A stretch of DNA of 64,000 nucleotides from the human T2T-CHM13v2.0 reference genome, Homo sapiens, in assembly GCF_009914755.1 (NCBI RefSeq), contig NC_060948.1; one strand, 5' to 3'. Shown one piece after another: positions 11,743 through 26,700 of the stretch. Position 1 is the stretch's first letter; each line of letters starts with the position of its first letter. The notes under the pieces are model-generated. The model did not search any database, had not been told where the DNA came from, and saw only the letters and a list, made by a program, of their open reading frames with translations. Both the position numbers and the translations under genes were made by a program.

Positions 11743-14700
11743 TTGAATGGAATAGAACAGAATGGAATCAAATCGAATGAAATGGAATGGAATAGAAAGG
11801 AATGGAATGAAATGGAATGGAAAGGATTCGAATGGAATGCAATCGAATGGAATGGAATCGAACGGAATGGAATAAAATGGAAGAAAACTGGCAAGAAATG
11901 GAATCGAAATGAATGGAGTGTTATGGAACGGACTCAAAAGGAATTGAATGTAATAGAATGGAGTGGAGTGGACTCGAATATAATGGACTGGAATGGAATG
12001 AAATCACATGGAATGGGAACGAATGGAATGGAATGGAAAGGAATGGAATCGAATGGAAAGGAATCGAATGGAAGGGAATGAAATTGAATCAACAGGAATG
12101 GAAGGGAATAGAATAGACGGTAATGGAATGGACTCGAATAGAATGGACACGAATGCTCAAATTGAATGGACTCGAAAGGAATGGAAAGGAAAGGAATGTC
12201 ATCGAATGGAATTGAATCGATTGGAATGAAATCGCATAGAATGGAGTGGAATCAAATGGAATTGAATCGAAAGGAAAGGAAGCGAATGGACTGAAATGTA
12301 ATGGAATGGAATTGAATGGAAATTAATGCAATGGAATAGAATGGAACGAAATTTCACGGAATGGAATCAAACTGAATGGAATCAAATCAATGGAATCTAA
12401 TCAAATGGAATGGAAAGGAATTGAATGGAGTAGATTGGATTGGATGGGATTGGAATGAAATGTACTGGAAAGGACTCGAATTTCATGAAACGGAATGGAA
12501 TGAATTGGAACGGAATGGACTCGAATGGAATGGAATGTCATGGAATGGCATCAAATGGAATGGCATCAAATGGAATGGAATCGAATGCAATGGAATGCTA
12601 TGGAATGGAATGGAATGCATTGGAATGGAATGTCCTCTAATGGAATGGATTCGAGTGGAATGGAATCGAATATAATGGAGTCGAATGAAATGGAATTGAA
12701 AGGAATGGGATCGAATACAATGGAATATACTGGAATGTAATGTAATGAACTCGAATGTAATTGACTGGAATGGAATGTACATGAATGGAATGTAATCGAA
12801 TGGAAAGTAATCCAATGGAATAGAATCTAATGCAATAAAATCGACTCAAATAGAGTAGAATGTAATGGAATGGAGTGCAGTGCAATGGAATGGAATGGAA
12901 TGGAATGCAATGGAATGGAATGGAATGGAATGGAATGGGATGGAATGGTATGGAATGGATAGTAATGGACTGGAGTGAAATGGACTGGAAAGGAATGGAC
13001 TCAAATTGAAAGGGCTCGAAAGGAATGGAGTCAAATGGAATGGTCTGGAATGGAATGAACACGAATGTAATGCAATCCAATAGAATGGAATCGAATGGCA
13101 TGGAATATAAAGAAATGGAATCGAAGAGAATGGAAACAAATGGAGTGGAATTGAATGGAATGGAATTGATTGGAATGGGAACGAATGGAGTGAAATTGTA
13201 TGCAGTAGAAGAGAATAGAATGGAATGCAAGCGAAAGGAATGGAATGGATTGGAATGGAATGGAATTCATTGGAATGGAAGGGAATGTAGTGTAATGGAC
13301 AGGCCTGGAATAAAGTGGAATGCTACGGTCTCGAATGGAATAAAAATGTATGGAATGGAATGCAATGAAACGGAATCAAATGTCATAGAATGTAATGGAA
13401 TGCAAAAAATGGAATCCAAAATCATTGACTGGAAAGGCTGGGTGTCGAAAGGAATTGACTCCAATGGAATGGAATCGAATGGAATGGAAGTGAATAGAAT
13501 CGAACTAAATCGAATGGAATGGAATTGATAGGAACGGAATGGAAAGGAATGCAATGATTTGGCATGGAATGGAATCGAATGGCATCGAATGGAATGGAAT
13601 GGAATGCAATGGAATGGAATGTGTTAGAATGTAATGAACTTTAATGGAATGTACTCGAATGGATTCGACTGGAATGGAATGTTCTGGAAGTGAATGGACT
13701 CCAATGGAATGGATTCAAAAGGAATGGAATCGTACGGAATGGAATCTAATGGAATGGAATTAAATGGAAATGAATCAAATGGAATAGCACGGAATTGAAT
13801 TGAATGGAATCGAATGCAATGGAATCTAATGAAACGGAAAGGAAAGGAATGGAATGGAATGGAATGGGCTGGAATGGAAAGGAATCGAAATGAATGGAAT
13901 GGAATCGAACTGAAGAGACTGGAATGGAATGCACTGGAATGGAAGGGAGTGTAATGGAAGGTTCTCGAAAAAAATGGAATCGAATGGAATGGAATTGAAT
14001 GGAACGGAATAGAGTCGAATGGAATTGAATGGAATGGAATGGACTAGAGTGAAATGGAATAGAACCACAAGGAATGGACAGGAATAGAATAGTCTCGAAT
14101 TGAATGGAATCGTATGGAATGGCATCAAACGGAATGGAATGGATAGCCACGGAATGGAATGCACTCGAATGCAATGGAGTCGAAACTAATGGACTGGAAT
14201 AGAATGGACTCGACTGGTACGGACTCCAATGGAATGGAATCGAATGGAAGGGAATCGAATGGAATGGACTCGAAGGGAAAAGACTGCAATGGAAAGGTCT
14301 CGAATGGAATGGAAATTAATGGAATGGAATGGAATCGAATGAAATGGAGTCAAAAGGAATGGAATCGAATGGCAAGAAATCGAATGTAATGGAATCGCAA
14401 GGAATTGATGTGAACGGAACAGAATGGAATGGAATCCAAAGGAATGGAATAGAATGGAATGGAATCGAATGGAAAGGACTCGAATGGAAATCACTCGAAT
14501 AGAATGCAATTTAATAAAATAGGATCAAATGTAATGGAATGGAATGGAAAGGAATCGAAACGAAAGGAATGGAGACAGATGGAATGGAATGGAACAGAGA
14601 GCAATGGTATAGAATGGAATGGAATCATGTGGAAGGGAATTGAATGGAATGGAATAATATGAAATGGAATGGAATGGAATGGAATGGAATGCCCTTGAAT

Positions 14701-17700
14701 TAAATGGACTGGAAGGGAATGGACTCGAACAGAGTGGAATGGAAAGTGTTGAGATAGAATGGAATGGACTCCTTTGGAATGGTGTAGTATGCAATGCAAT
14801 CGACTGGCAGGGAATCAAAAGGAATGTAATGGAATGGATTGGACTGGAATGCAATGGACTCGAATAGATTGGAAACGGAATGCAAAGGAATGGAATGGAA
14901 TAGTATGGAATGGAATGGAAAGGAATGGAGTGGAATAGACTAGAGTGGAATGGAATGAACTGGAAAGCAATGGACTGGAATGGAACTTTCTTGAATGGAC
15001 TGGAATCAAACGGAATGGAATGCAATGCAATCAAATGGCATGGAATAAAATAGAATGAAAGAGAATCAAATGGAATTGAATCGAATGGAATCGAATGGAT
15101 TGGAAAGGAATAGAATGGAATGGAATGGAATTGACTCAAATGGAATGGACTAGAATGGAATTTATTCGAATGGAAGGCAAAGGAATGGAATCTATTGGAA
15201 TGGACTGTAATGGAATGGAATGGAAGGGATTGGAATGGACTCGAATGGAATGGACTGCAATAGAAAGGATTCGAATGGAATGAAAAAGAATTGAATGGAA
15301 TAGAACAGAATGGAATCAAATCGAATGAAATGGAATGGAATAGAAAGGAATGGAATGAAATGGAATGGAAAGGATTCGAATGGAATGCAATCGAATGGAA
15401 TGGAATCGAACGGAATGGAATAAAATGGAAGAAAACTGGCAAGAAATGGAATCGAAATGAATGGAGTGTTATGGAACGGACTCAAAAGGAATTGAATGTA
15501 ATAGAATGGAGTGGAGTGGACTCGAATATAATGGACTGGAATGGAATGAAATCACATGGAATGGGAACGAATGGAATGGAATGGAAAGGAATGGAATCGA
15601 ATGGAAAGGAATCGAATGGAAGGGAATGAAATTGAATCAACAGGAATGGAAGGGAATAGAATAGACGGTAATGGAATGGACTCGAATAGAATGGACACGA
15701 ATGCTCAAATTGAATGGACTCGAAAGGAATGGAAAGGAAAGGAATGTCATCGAATGGAATTGAATCGATTGGAATGAAATCGCATAGAATGGAGTGGAAT
15801 CAAATGGAATTGAATCGAAAGGAAAGGAAGCGAATGGACTGAAATGAAATGGAATGGAATTGAATGGAAATTAATGCAATGGAATAGAATGGAACGAAAT
15901 TTCACGGAATGGAATCAAACTGAATGGAATCAAATCAATGGAATCTAATCAAATGGAATGGAAAGGAATTGAATGGAGTAGATTGGATTGGATGGGATTG
16001 GAATGAAATGTACTGGAAAGGACTCGAATTTCATGAAACGGAATGGAATGAATTGGAACGGAATGGACTCGAATGGAATGGAATGTCATGGAATGGCATC
16101 AAATGGAATGGCATCAAATGGAATGGAATCGAATGCAATGGAATGCTATGGAATGGAATGGAATGCATTGGAATGGAATGTCCTCTAATGGAATGGATTC
16201 GAGTGGAATGGAATCGAATATAATGGAGTCGAATGAAATGGAATTGAAAGGAATGGGATCGAATACAATGGAATATACTGGAATGTAATGTAATGAACTC
16301 GAATGTAATTGACTGGAATGGAATGTACATGAATGGAATGTAATCGAATGGAAAGTAATCCAATGGAATAGAATCTAATGCAATAAAATCGACTCAAATA
16401 GAGTAGAATATAATGGAATGGAGTGCAGTGCAATGGAATGGAATGGAATGGAATGCAATGGAATGGAATGGAATGGAATGGAATGGGATGGAATGGTATG
16501 GAATGGATAGTAATGGACTGGAGTGAAATGGACTGGAAAGGAATGGACTCAAATTGAAAGGGCTCGAAAGGAATGGAGTCAAATGGAATGGTCTGGAATG
16601 GAATGAACAGGAATGTAATGCAATCCAATAGAATGGAATCGAATGGCATGGAATATAAAGAAATGGAATCGAAGAGAATGGAAACAAATGGAATGGAATT
16701 GAATGGAATGGAATTGAATGGAATGGGAACGAATGGAGTGAAATTGTATGCAGTAGAAGAGAATAGAATGGAATGCAAGCGAAAGGAAAGGAATGGATTG
16801 GAATGGAATGGAATTCATTGGAATGGAAGGGAATGTAGTGTAATGGACAGGCCTGGAATAAAGTGGAATGCTACGGTCTCGAATGGAATAAAAATGTATG
16901 GAATGGAATGCAATGAAACGGAATCGAATGTCATAGAATGTACTGGAATGCAAAAAATGGAATCCAAAATCATTGACTGGAAAGGCTGGGTGTTGAAAGG
17001 AATTGACTCCAATGGAATGGAATCGAATGGAATGGAAGTGAATAGAATCGAACTAAATCGAATGGAATGGAATTGATAGGAACGGAATGGAAAGGAATGC
17101 AATGATTTGGCATGGAATGGAATCGAATGGCATCGAATGGAATGGAATGGAATGCAATGGAATGGAATGTGTTAGAATGTAATGAACTTTAATGGAATGT
17201 ACTCGAATGGATTCGACTGGAATGGAATGTTCTGGAAGTGAATGGACTCCAATGGAATGGATTCAAAAGGAATGGAATCGTACGGAATGGAATCTAATGG
17301 AATGGAATTAAATGGAAATGAATCAAATGGAATAGCACGGAATTGAATTGAATGGAATCGAATGCAATGGAATCTAATGAAACGGAAAGGAAAGGAATGG
17401 AATGGAATGGAATGGGCTGGAATGGAAAGGAATGGAAATGAATGGAATGGAATCGAACTGAAGAGACTGGAATGGAATGCACTGGAATGGAAGGGAGTGT
17501 AATGGAAGGTTCTCGAAAAAAATGGAATCGAATGGAATGGAATTGAATGGAACGGAATAGAGTCGAATGGAATTGAATGGAATGGAATGGACTAGAGTGA
17601 AATGGAATAGAACCACAAGGAATGGACAGGAATAGAATAGTCTCGAATTGAATGGAATCGTATGGAATGGCATCAAACGGAATGGAATGGATAGCCACGG

Positions 17701-20700
17701 AATGGAATGCACTCGAATGCAATGGAGTCGAAACTAATGGACTGGAATAGAATGAACTCGACTGGTACGGACTCCAATGGAATGGAATCGAATGGAATGG
17801 AATCGAATGGAATGGACTCGAAGGGAAAAGACTGCAATGGAAAGGTCTCGAATGGAATGGAAATTAATGGAATGGAATGGAATCGAATGAAATGGAGTCA
17901 AAAGGAATGGAATCGAATGGCAAGAAATCGAATGTAATGGAATGGCAAGGAATTGATGTGAACGGAACGGAATGGAATGGAATCCAAAGGAATGGAATAG
18001 AATGGAATGGAATCGAATGGAAAGGACTCGAATGGAAATCACTCGAATAGAATGCAATTTAATAAAATAGGATCAAATGGAATGGATTGGAATGGAAAGG
18101 AATCGAAACGAAAGGAATGGAGACAGATGGAATGGAATGGAACAGAGAGCAATGGTATAGAATGGAATGGAATCATCTGGAATGGAATTGAATGGAATGG
18201 AATAATATGAAATGGAATGGAATGGAATGGAATGGAATGGAATGGAATGGAATGCCCTTGAATTAAATGGACTGGAATGGAATGGCCTCGAACAGAGTGG
18301 AATGGAAAGTGTTGAGACAGAATGCAATGGACTCCTTCGGAATGGTGTAGTATGCAATGCAATCGACTGGCAGGGAATCAAATGGAATGTAATCGAATGG
18401 ATTGGACTGGAATGCAATGGACTCGAATAGATTGGAAACGGAATGCAAAGGAATGGAATGGAATAGTATGGAATGGAATGGAAAGGAATGGAGTGGAATA
18501 GACTAGAGTGGAATGGAATGGACTGGAAAGCAATGGACTGGAATGGAACTTTCTTGAATGGACTGGAATCAAACGGAATGGAATGCAATGCAATCAAATG
18601 GCATGGAATAAAATAGAATGAAAGAGAATCAAATGGAATTGAATCGAATGGAATCGAATGGATTGGAAAGGAATAGAATGGAATGGAATGGAATTGACTC
18701 AAATGGAATGGACTAGAATGGAATGGATTCGAATGGAAGGCAAAGGAATGGAATCTATTGGAATGGACTGTAATGGAATGGAATGGAAGGGATTGGAATG
18801 GAGTCGAATGGAATGGACTGCAATAGAAAGGATTCGAATGGAATGAAAAAGAATTGAATGGAATAGAACAGAATGGAATCAAATCGAATGAAATGGAATG
18901 GAATAGAAAGGAATGGAATGAAATGGAACGGAAAGGATTCGAATGGAATGCAATCGAATTTAATGGAATCGAACGGAATGGAATAAAATGGAAGAAAACT
19001 GGCAAGAAATGGAATCGAAATGGATGGAGTGTTATGGAACGGACTCAAAAGGAATTGAATGTAATAGAATGGAGTGGAGTGGACTCGAATATAATGGACT
19101 GGAATGGAATGAAATCACATGGAATGGGAACGAATGGAATGGAATGGAAAGGAATGGAATCGAATGGAAAGGAATCGAATGGAAGGGAATGAAATTGAAT
19201 CAACAGGATTGGAAGGGAATAGAATAGACGGTAATGGAATGGACTCGAATAGAATGGACACGAATGCTCAAATTGAATGGACTCCAATGCAATGGAAACG
19301 AAAGGAATGTCATCGAATGGAATTGAATCGATTGGAATGAAATCGCAAGAATGGAGTGGAATCAAATGAAATTGAATCGAAAGGAAAGGAAGCGAATGGA
19401 CTGAAATGAAATGGAATGGAATTGAATGGAAAGTAATGCAATGGAATAGAATGGAACGAAATTTCACGGAATGGAATCAAACTGAAAGGAATCAAATCAA
19501 TGGAATCTAATCAAATGGAATGGAAAGGAATTGAATGGAGTAGATTGGATTGGATGGGATTGGAGTGAAATGTACTGGAAAGGACTCGAATTTCATGAAA
19601 CGGAATGGAATGAATTGGAACGGAATGGACTCGAATGGAATGGAATGTCATGGAATGGCATCAAATGGAATGGCATCAAATGGAATGGAATCGAATGCAA
19701 TGGAATGCTATGGAATGGAATGGAATGCATTGGAATGGAATGTCCTCTAATGGAATGGATTCGAGTGGAATGGAATCGAATATAATGGAGTCGAATGAAA
19801 TGGAATTGAAAGGAATGGGATCGAATACAATGGAATATACTGGAATGTAATGTAATGAACTCGAATGTAATTGACTGGAATGGAATGTACATGAATGGAA
19901 TGTAATCGAATGGAAAGTAATCCAATGGAATAGAATCTAATGCAATAAAATCGACTCAGATAGAGTAGAATGTAATGGAATGGAGTGCAGTGGAATGGAA
20001 TGGAATGGAATGGAATGCAATGGAATGGAATGGAATGGAATGGAATGGGATGGAATGGTATGGAATGGATAGTAATGGACTGGAGTGAAATGGACTGGAA
20101 AGGAATGGACTCAAATTGAAAGGGCTCGAAAGGAATGGAGTCAAATGGAATGGTCTGGAATGGAATGAACACGAATGTAATGCAATCCAATAGAATGGAA
20201 TCGAATGGCATGGAATATAAAGAAATGGAATCGAAGAGAATGGAAACAAATGGAATGGAATTGAATGGAATGGAATTGAATGGAATGGGAACGAATGGAG
20301 TGAAATTGTATGCAGTAGAAGAGAATAGAATGGAATGCAAGCGAAAGGAAAGGAATGGATTAGAATGGAATGGAATTCATTGGAATGGAAGGGAATGTAG
20401 TGTAATGGACAGGCCTGGAATAAAGTGGAATGCTACGGTCTCGAATGGAATAAAAATGTATGGAATGGAATGCAATGAAACGGAATCGAATGTCATAGAA
20501 TGTAATGGAATGCAAAGAAATGGAATCCAAAAACATTGACTGGAAAGGCTGGGTGTCGAAAGGAATTGACTCCAATGGAATGGAATCGAATGGAATGGAA
20601 GTGAATAGAATCGAAGTAAATCGAATGGAATGGAATTGATAGGAACGGAATGGAAAGGAATGCAATGATTTGGCATGGAATGGAATCGAATGGCATCGAA

Positions 20701-23700
20701 TGGAATGGAATGGAATGCAATGGAATGGAATGTATTAGAAAGTAATGAACTTTAATGGAATGTACTCGAATGGATTCGACTGGAATGGAATGTTCTGGAA
20801 GTGAATGGACTCTAATGGAATGGATTCAAAAGGAATGGAATCGTACGGAATGGAATCTAATGGAATGGAATTAAATGGAAATGAATCAAATTGAATAGCA
20901 CGGAATTGAATTGAATGGAATGGAATGCAATGGAATCTAATGAAACGGAAAGGAAAGGAATGGAATGGAATGGAATGGGCTGGAATGGAAAGGAATCGAA
21001 ACGAATGGAATGGAATCGAACTGAAGAGACTGGAATGGAATGCACTGGAATGGAAGGGAGTGTAATGGAAGGTTCTCGAAAAAAATGGAATCGAATGGAA
21101 TGTAATTGAATGGAACGGAATAGAGTCGAATGGAATTGAATGGAATGGAATGGACTAGAGTGAAATGGAATCGAACCACAAGGAATGGACAGGAATAGAA
21201 TGGTCTCGAATTGAATGGAATCGTATGGAATGGCATCAAACGGAATGGAATGGACAGCCACGGAATGGAATGCACTCGAATGCAATGGAGTCGAAACTAA
21301 TGGACTGGAATAGAATGGACTCGACTGGTACGGACTCCAATGGAATGGAATCGAATGGAAGGGAATCGAACGGAATGGACTCGAGGGGAAAAGACTGCAA
21401 TGGAAAGGTCTCGAATGGAATGGAAATTAATGGAATGGAATGGAATCGAATGAAATGGAGTCAAAAGGAATGGAATCGAATGGCAAGAAATCGAATGTAA
21501 TGGAATCGCAAGGAATTGATGTGAATGGAGCGGAATGGAATGGAATCCAAAGGAATGGAATAGAATGGAAAGGACTCGAATGGAAATCACTCGAATAGAA
21601 TGCAATTTAATAAAATAGGATCAAATGTAATGGAATGGAATGGAAAGGAATCGAAACGAAAGGAATGGAGACAGATGGAATGGAATGGAACAGAGAGCAA
21701 TGGTATAGAATGGAATGGAATCATCTGGAATGGAATTGAATGGAATGGAATAATATGAAATGGAATGGAATGGAATGGAATGGAATGCCCTTGAATTAAA
21801 TGGACTGGAATGGAATGGACTCGAACAGAGTGGAATGGAAAGTGTTGAGATAGAATGGAATGGACTCCTTTGGAATGGTGTAGTATGCAATGCAATCGAC
21901 TGGCAGGGAATCAAAAGGAATGTAATGGAATGGATTGGACTGGAATGCAATGGACTCGAATAGATTGGAAACGGAATGCAAAGGAATGGAATGGAATAGT
22001 ATGGAATGGAATGGAAAGGAATGGAGTGGAATAGACTAGAGTGGAATGGAGTGGACTGGAAAGCAATGGACTGGAATGGAACTTTCTTGAGTGGACTGGA
22101 ATCAAACGGAATAGAATGCAATGCAATCAAATGGCATGGAATAAAATAGAATGAAAGAGAATCAAATGGAATTGAATCGAATGGAATCGAATGGATTGGA
22201 AAGGAATAGAATGGAATGGAATGGAATTGACTCAGATGGAATGGATTCGAATGGAATGGATTCGAATGGAAGGCAAAGGAATGGAATCTATTGGAATGGA
22301 CTGTAATGGAATGGAAGGGAATGGAATGGAAAGGATTGGAATGGACTCGAATGGAATGGACTGCAATAGAAAGGATTCGAATGGAATGAAAAAGAATTGA
22401 ATGGAATAGAACAGAATGGAATCAAATCGAATGAAATGGAATGGAATAGAAAGGAATGGAATGAAATGGAATGGAAAGGATTCGAATGGAATGCAATCGA
22501 ATGGAATGGAATCGAACGGAATGGAATAAAATGGAAGAAAACTGGCAAGAAATGGAATCGAAATGAATGGAGTGTTATGGAACGGACTCAAAAGGAATTG
22601 AATGTAATAGAATGGAGTGGAGTGGACTCGAATATAATGGACTGGAATGGAATGAAATCACATGGAATGGGAACGAATGGAATGGAATGGAAAGGAATGG
22701 AATCGAATGGAAAGGAATCGAATGGAAGGGAATGAAATTGAATCAACAGGAATGGAAGGGAATAGAATAGACGGTAATGGAATGGACTCGAATAGAATGG
22801 ACACGAATGCTGAAATTGAATGGACTCGAATGGAACGGAAACGAAAGGAATGTCATCGAATGGAATTGAATCGATTGGAATGAAATCGCATAGAATGGAG
22901 TGGAATCAAATGGAATTGAATCGAAAGGAAAGGGAGCGAATGGACTGAAATGAAATGGAATGGAATTGAATGGAAAGTAATGCAGTGGAATAGAATGGAA
23001 CGAAATTTCACGGAATGGAATCAAACTGAATGGAATCAAATCAATGGAATCTAATCAAATGGAATGGAAAGGAATTGAATGGAGTAGATTGGATTGGATG
23101 GGATTGGAATGAAATGTACTGGAAAGGACTCGAATTTCATGAAACGGAATGGAATGAATTGGAACGGAATGGACTCGAATGGAATGGAATGTCATGGAAT
23201 GGCATCAAATGGAATGGCATCAAATGGAATGGAATCGAATGCAATGGAATGCTATGGAATGGAATGGAATGCATTGGAATGGAATGTCCTCTAATGGAAT
23301 GGATTCGAGTGGAATGGAATCGAATATAATGGTGTCGAATGAAATGGAATTGAAAAGAATGGGATCGAATACAATGGAATATACTGGAATGTAATGTAAT
23401 GAACTCGAATGTAACTGACTGGAATGGAATTTACATGAATGGAATGTAATCGAATGGAAAGTAATCCAATGGAATAGAATCTAATGCAATAAAATCGACT
23501 CAGATAGAGTAGAATGTAATGGAATGGAGTGCAGTGCAATGGAATGGAATGGAATGGAATGCAATGGAATGGAATGGAATGGAATGGAATGGGATGGAAT
23601 GGTATGGAATGGATAGTAATGGACTGGAGTGAAATGGACTGGAAAGGTATGGACTCAAATTGAAAGGGCTCGAAAGGAATGGAGTCAAATGGAATGGTCT

Positions 23701-26700
23701 GGAATGGAATGAACACGAATGTAATGCAATCCAATAGAATGGAATCGAATGGCATGGAATATAAAGAAATGGAATCGAAGAGAATGGAAACAAATGGAAT
23801 GGAAGTGAATGGAATGGAATTGAATGGAATGGGAACGAATGGAGTGAAATTGTATGCAGTAGAAGAGAATAGAATGGAATGCAAGCGAAAGGAAAGGAAT
23901 GGATTGGAATGGAATGGAATTCATTGGAATGGAAGGGAATGTAGTTTAATGGACAGGCCTGGAATAAAGTGGAATGCTACGGTCTCGAATGGAATAAAAA
24001 TGTATGGAATGGAATGCAATGAAACGGAATCGAATGTCATAGAATGTAATGGAATGCAAAAAAATGGAATCCAAAATCATTGACTGGAAAGGCTGGGTGT
24101 CGAAAGGAATTGACTCCAATGGAATGGAATCGAATGGAATGGAAGTGAATAGAATCGAACTAAATCGAATGGAATGGAATTGATAGGAACGGAATGGAAA
24201 GGAATGCAATGATTTGGCATGGAATGGAATCGAATGGCATCGAATGGAATGGAATGGAATGCAATGGAATGGAATGTATTAGAATGTAATGAACTTTAAT
24301 GGAATGTACTCGAATGGATTCGACTGGAATGGAATGTTCTGGAAGTGAATGGACTCCAATGGAATGGATTCAAAAGGAATGGAATCGTACGGAATGGAAA
24401 CTAATGGAATGGAATTAAATGGAAATGAATCAAATTGAATAGCACGGAATAGAATTGAATGGAATCGAATGCAATGGAATCTAATGAAACGGAAAGGAAA
24501 GGAATGCAATGGAATGGAATGGGCTGGAATGGAACGGAATCGAAACGAATGGAATGGAATCGAACTGAAGAGACTGGAATGGAATCCACTGGAATGGAAG
24601 GGAGTGTAATGGAAGGTTCTCGAAAAAAATGGAATCGAATGGAATGGAATTGAATGGAACGGAATAGAGTCGAATGGAATTGAATGGAATGGAATGGACT
24701 AGAGTGAAATGGAATCGAACCACAAGGAATGGACAGGAATAGAATGGTCTCGAATTGAATGGAATCGTATGGAATGGCATCAAACGGAATGGAATGGACA
24801 GCCACGGAATGGAATGCACTCGAATGCAATGGAGTCGAAACTAAAGGACTGGAATAGAATGGACTCGACTGGTACGGACTCCAATGGAATGGAATCGAAT
24901 GGAAGGGAATCGAACGGAATGGACTCGAAGGGATAAGATTGCAATGGAAAGGTCTCGAATGGAGTGGAAATTAATGGAATGGAATGGAATCGAATGAAAT
25001 GGAGTCAAAAGGAATGGAATCGAATGGCAAGAAATCGAATGTAATGGAATCGCAAGGAATTGATGTGAACGGAACGGAATGGAATGGAATCCAAAGGAAT
25101 GGAATAGAATGGAATGGAATCGAATGGAAAGGACTCGAATGGAAATCACTCGAATAGAATGCAATTTAATAAAATAGGATCAAATGTAATGGAATGGAAT
25201 GGAAAGGAATCGAAACGAAAGGAATGGAGACAGATGGAATGGAATGGAACAGAGAGCAATGGTATAGAATGGAATGGAATCATCTGGAATGGAATTGAAT
25301 GGAATGGAATAATATGAAATGGAATGGAATGGAATGGAATGGAATGCCCTTGAATTAAATGGACTGGAATGGACTGGACTCGAACAGAGTGGAATGGAAA
25401 GTGTTGAGATAGAATGGAATGGACTCCTTTGGAATGGTCTAGTATGCAATGCAATCGACTGGCAGGGAATCAAAAGGAATGTAATGGAATGGATTGGACT
25501 GGAATGCAATGGACTCGAATAGATTGGAAACGGAATACAAAGGAATGGAATGGAATAGTATGGAATGGAATGGAAAGGAATGGAGTGGAATAGACTAGAG
25601 TGGAATGGAATGGACTGGAAAGCAATGGACTGGAATGGAACTTTCTTGAATGGACTGTAATCAAACGGAATGGAATGCAATGCAATCAAATGGCATGGAA
25701 TAAAATAGAATGAAAGAGAATCAAATGGAATTGAATCGAATGGAATCGAATGGATTGGAAAGGAATAGAATGGAATGGAATGGAATTGACTCAAATGGAA
25801 TGGACTAGAATGGAATGGATTCGAATGGAAGGCAAAGGAATGGAATCTATTGGAATGGACTGTAATGGAATGGAACGGAAGGGATTGGAATGGACTCGAA
25901 TGGAATGGACTGCAATAGAAAGGATTCGAATGGAATGAAAAAGAATTGAATGGAATAGAACAGAATGGAATCAAATCGAATGAAATGGAATGGAAGAGAA
26001 AGGAATGGAATGAAATGGAATGGAAAGGATTCGAATGGAATGCAATCGAATGGAATGCAATCGAATGGAATGGAATCGAACGGAATGGAATAAAATGGAA
26101 GAAAACTGGCAAGATATGGAATCGAAATGAATGGAGTGTTATGGAACGGACTCAAAAGGAATTGAATGTAATAGAATGGAGTGGAGTGGACTCGAATATA
26201 ATGGACTGGAATGGAATGAAATCACATGGAATGGGAACGAATGGAATGGAATGGAAAGGAATGGAATCGAATGGAAAGGAATCGAATGGAAGGGAATGAA
26301 ATTGAATCAAAAGGAATGGAAGGGAATAGAATAGACGGTAATGGAATGGACTCGAATAGAATGGACACGAATGCTCAAATTGAATGGACTCGAATGGAAT
26401 GGAAACGAAAGGAATGTCATCGAATGGAATTGAATCGATTGGAATGAAATCGCATAGAATGGAGTGGAATCAAATGGAATTGAATCGAAAGGAAAGGAAG
26501 CGAATGGACTGAAATGAAATGGAATGGAATTGAATGGAAAGTAATGCAATGGAATAGAATGGAACGAAATTTCACGGAATGGAATCAAACTGAATGGAAT
26601 CAAATCAATGGAATCAAATCAAATGGAATGGAAAGGAATTGAATGGAGTAGTTTGGATTGGATGGGATTGGAATGAAATGTACTGGAAAGGACTCGAATT

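Noticed and set aside
13025-13528. Longer 167 aa + strand ORF recurring in some units
   Set aside because: Produced by a single A7->A6 deletion. It is a lineage marker, not evidence of coding.
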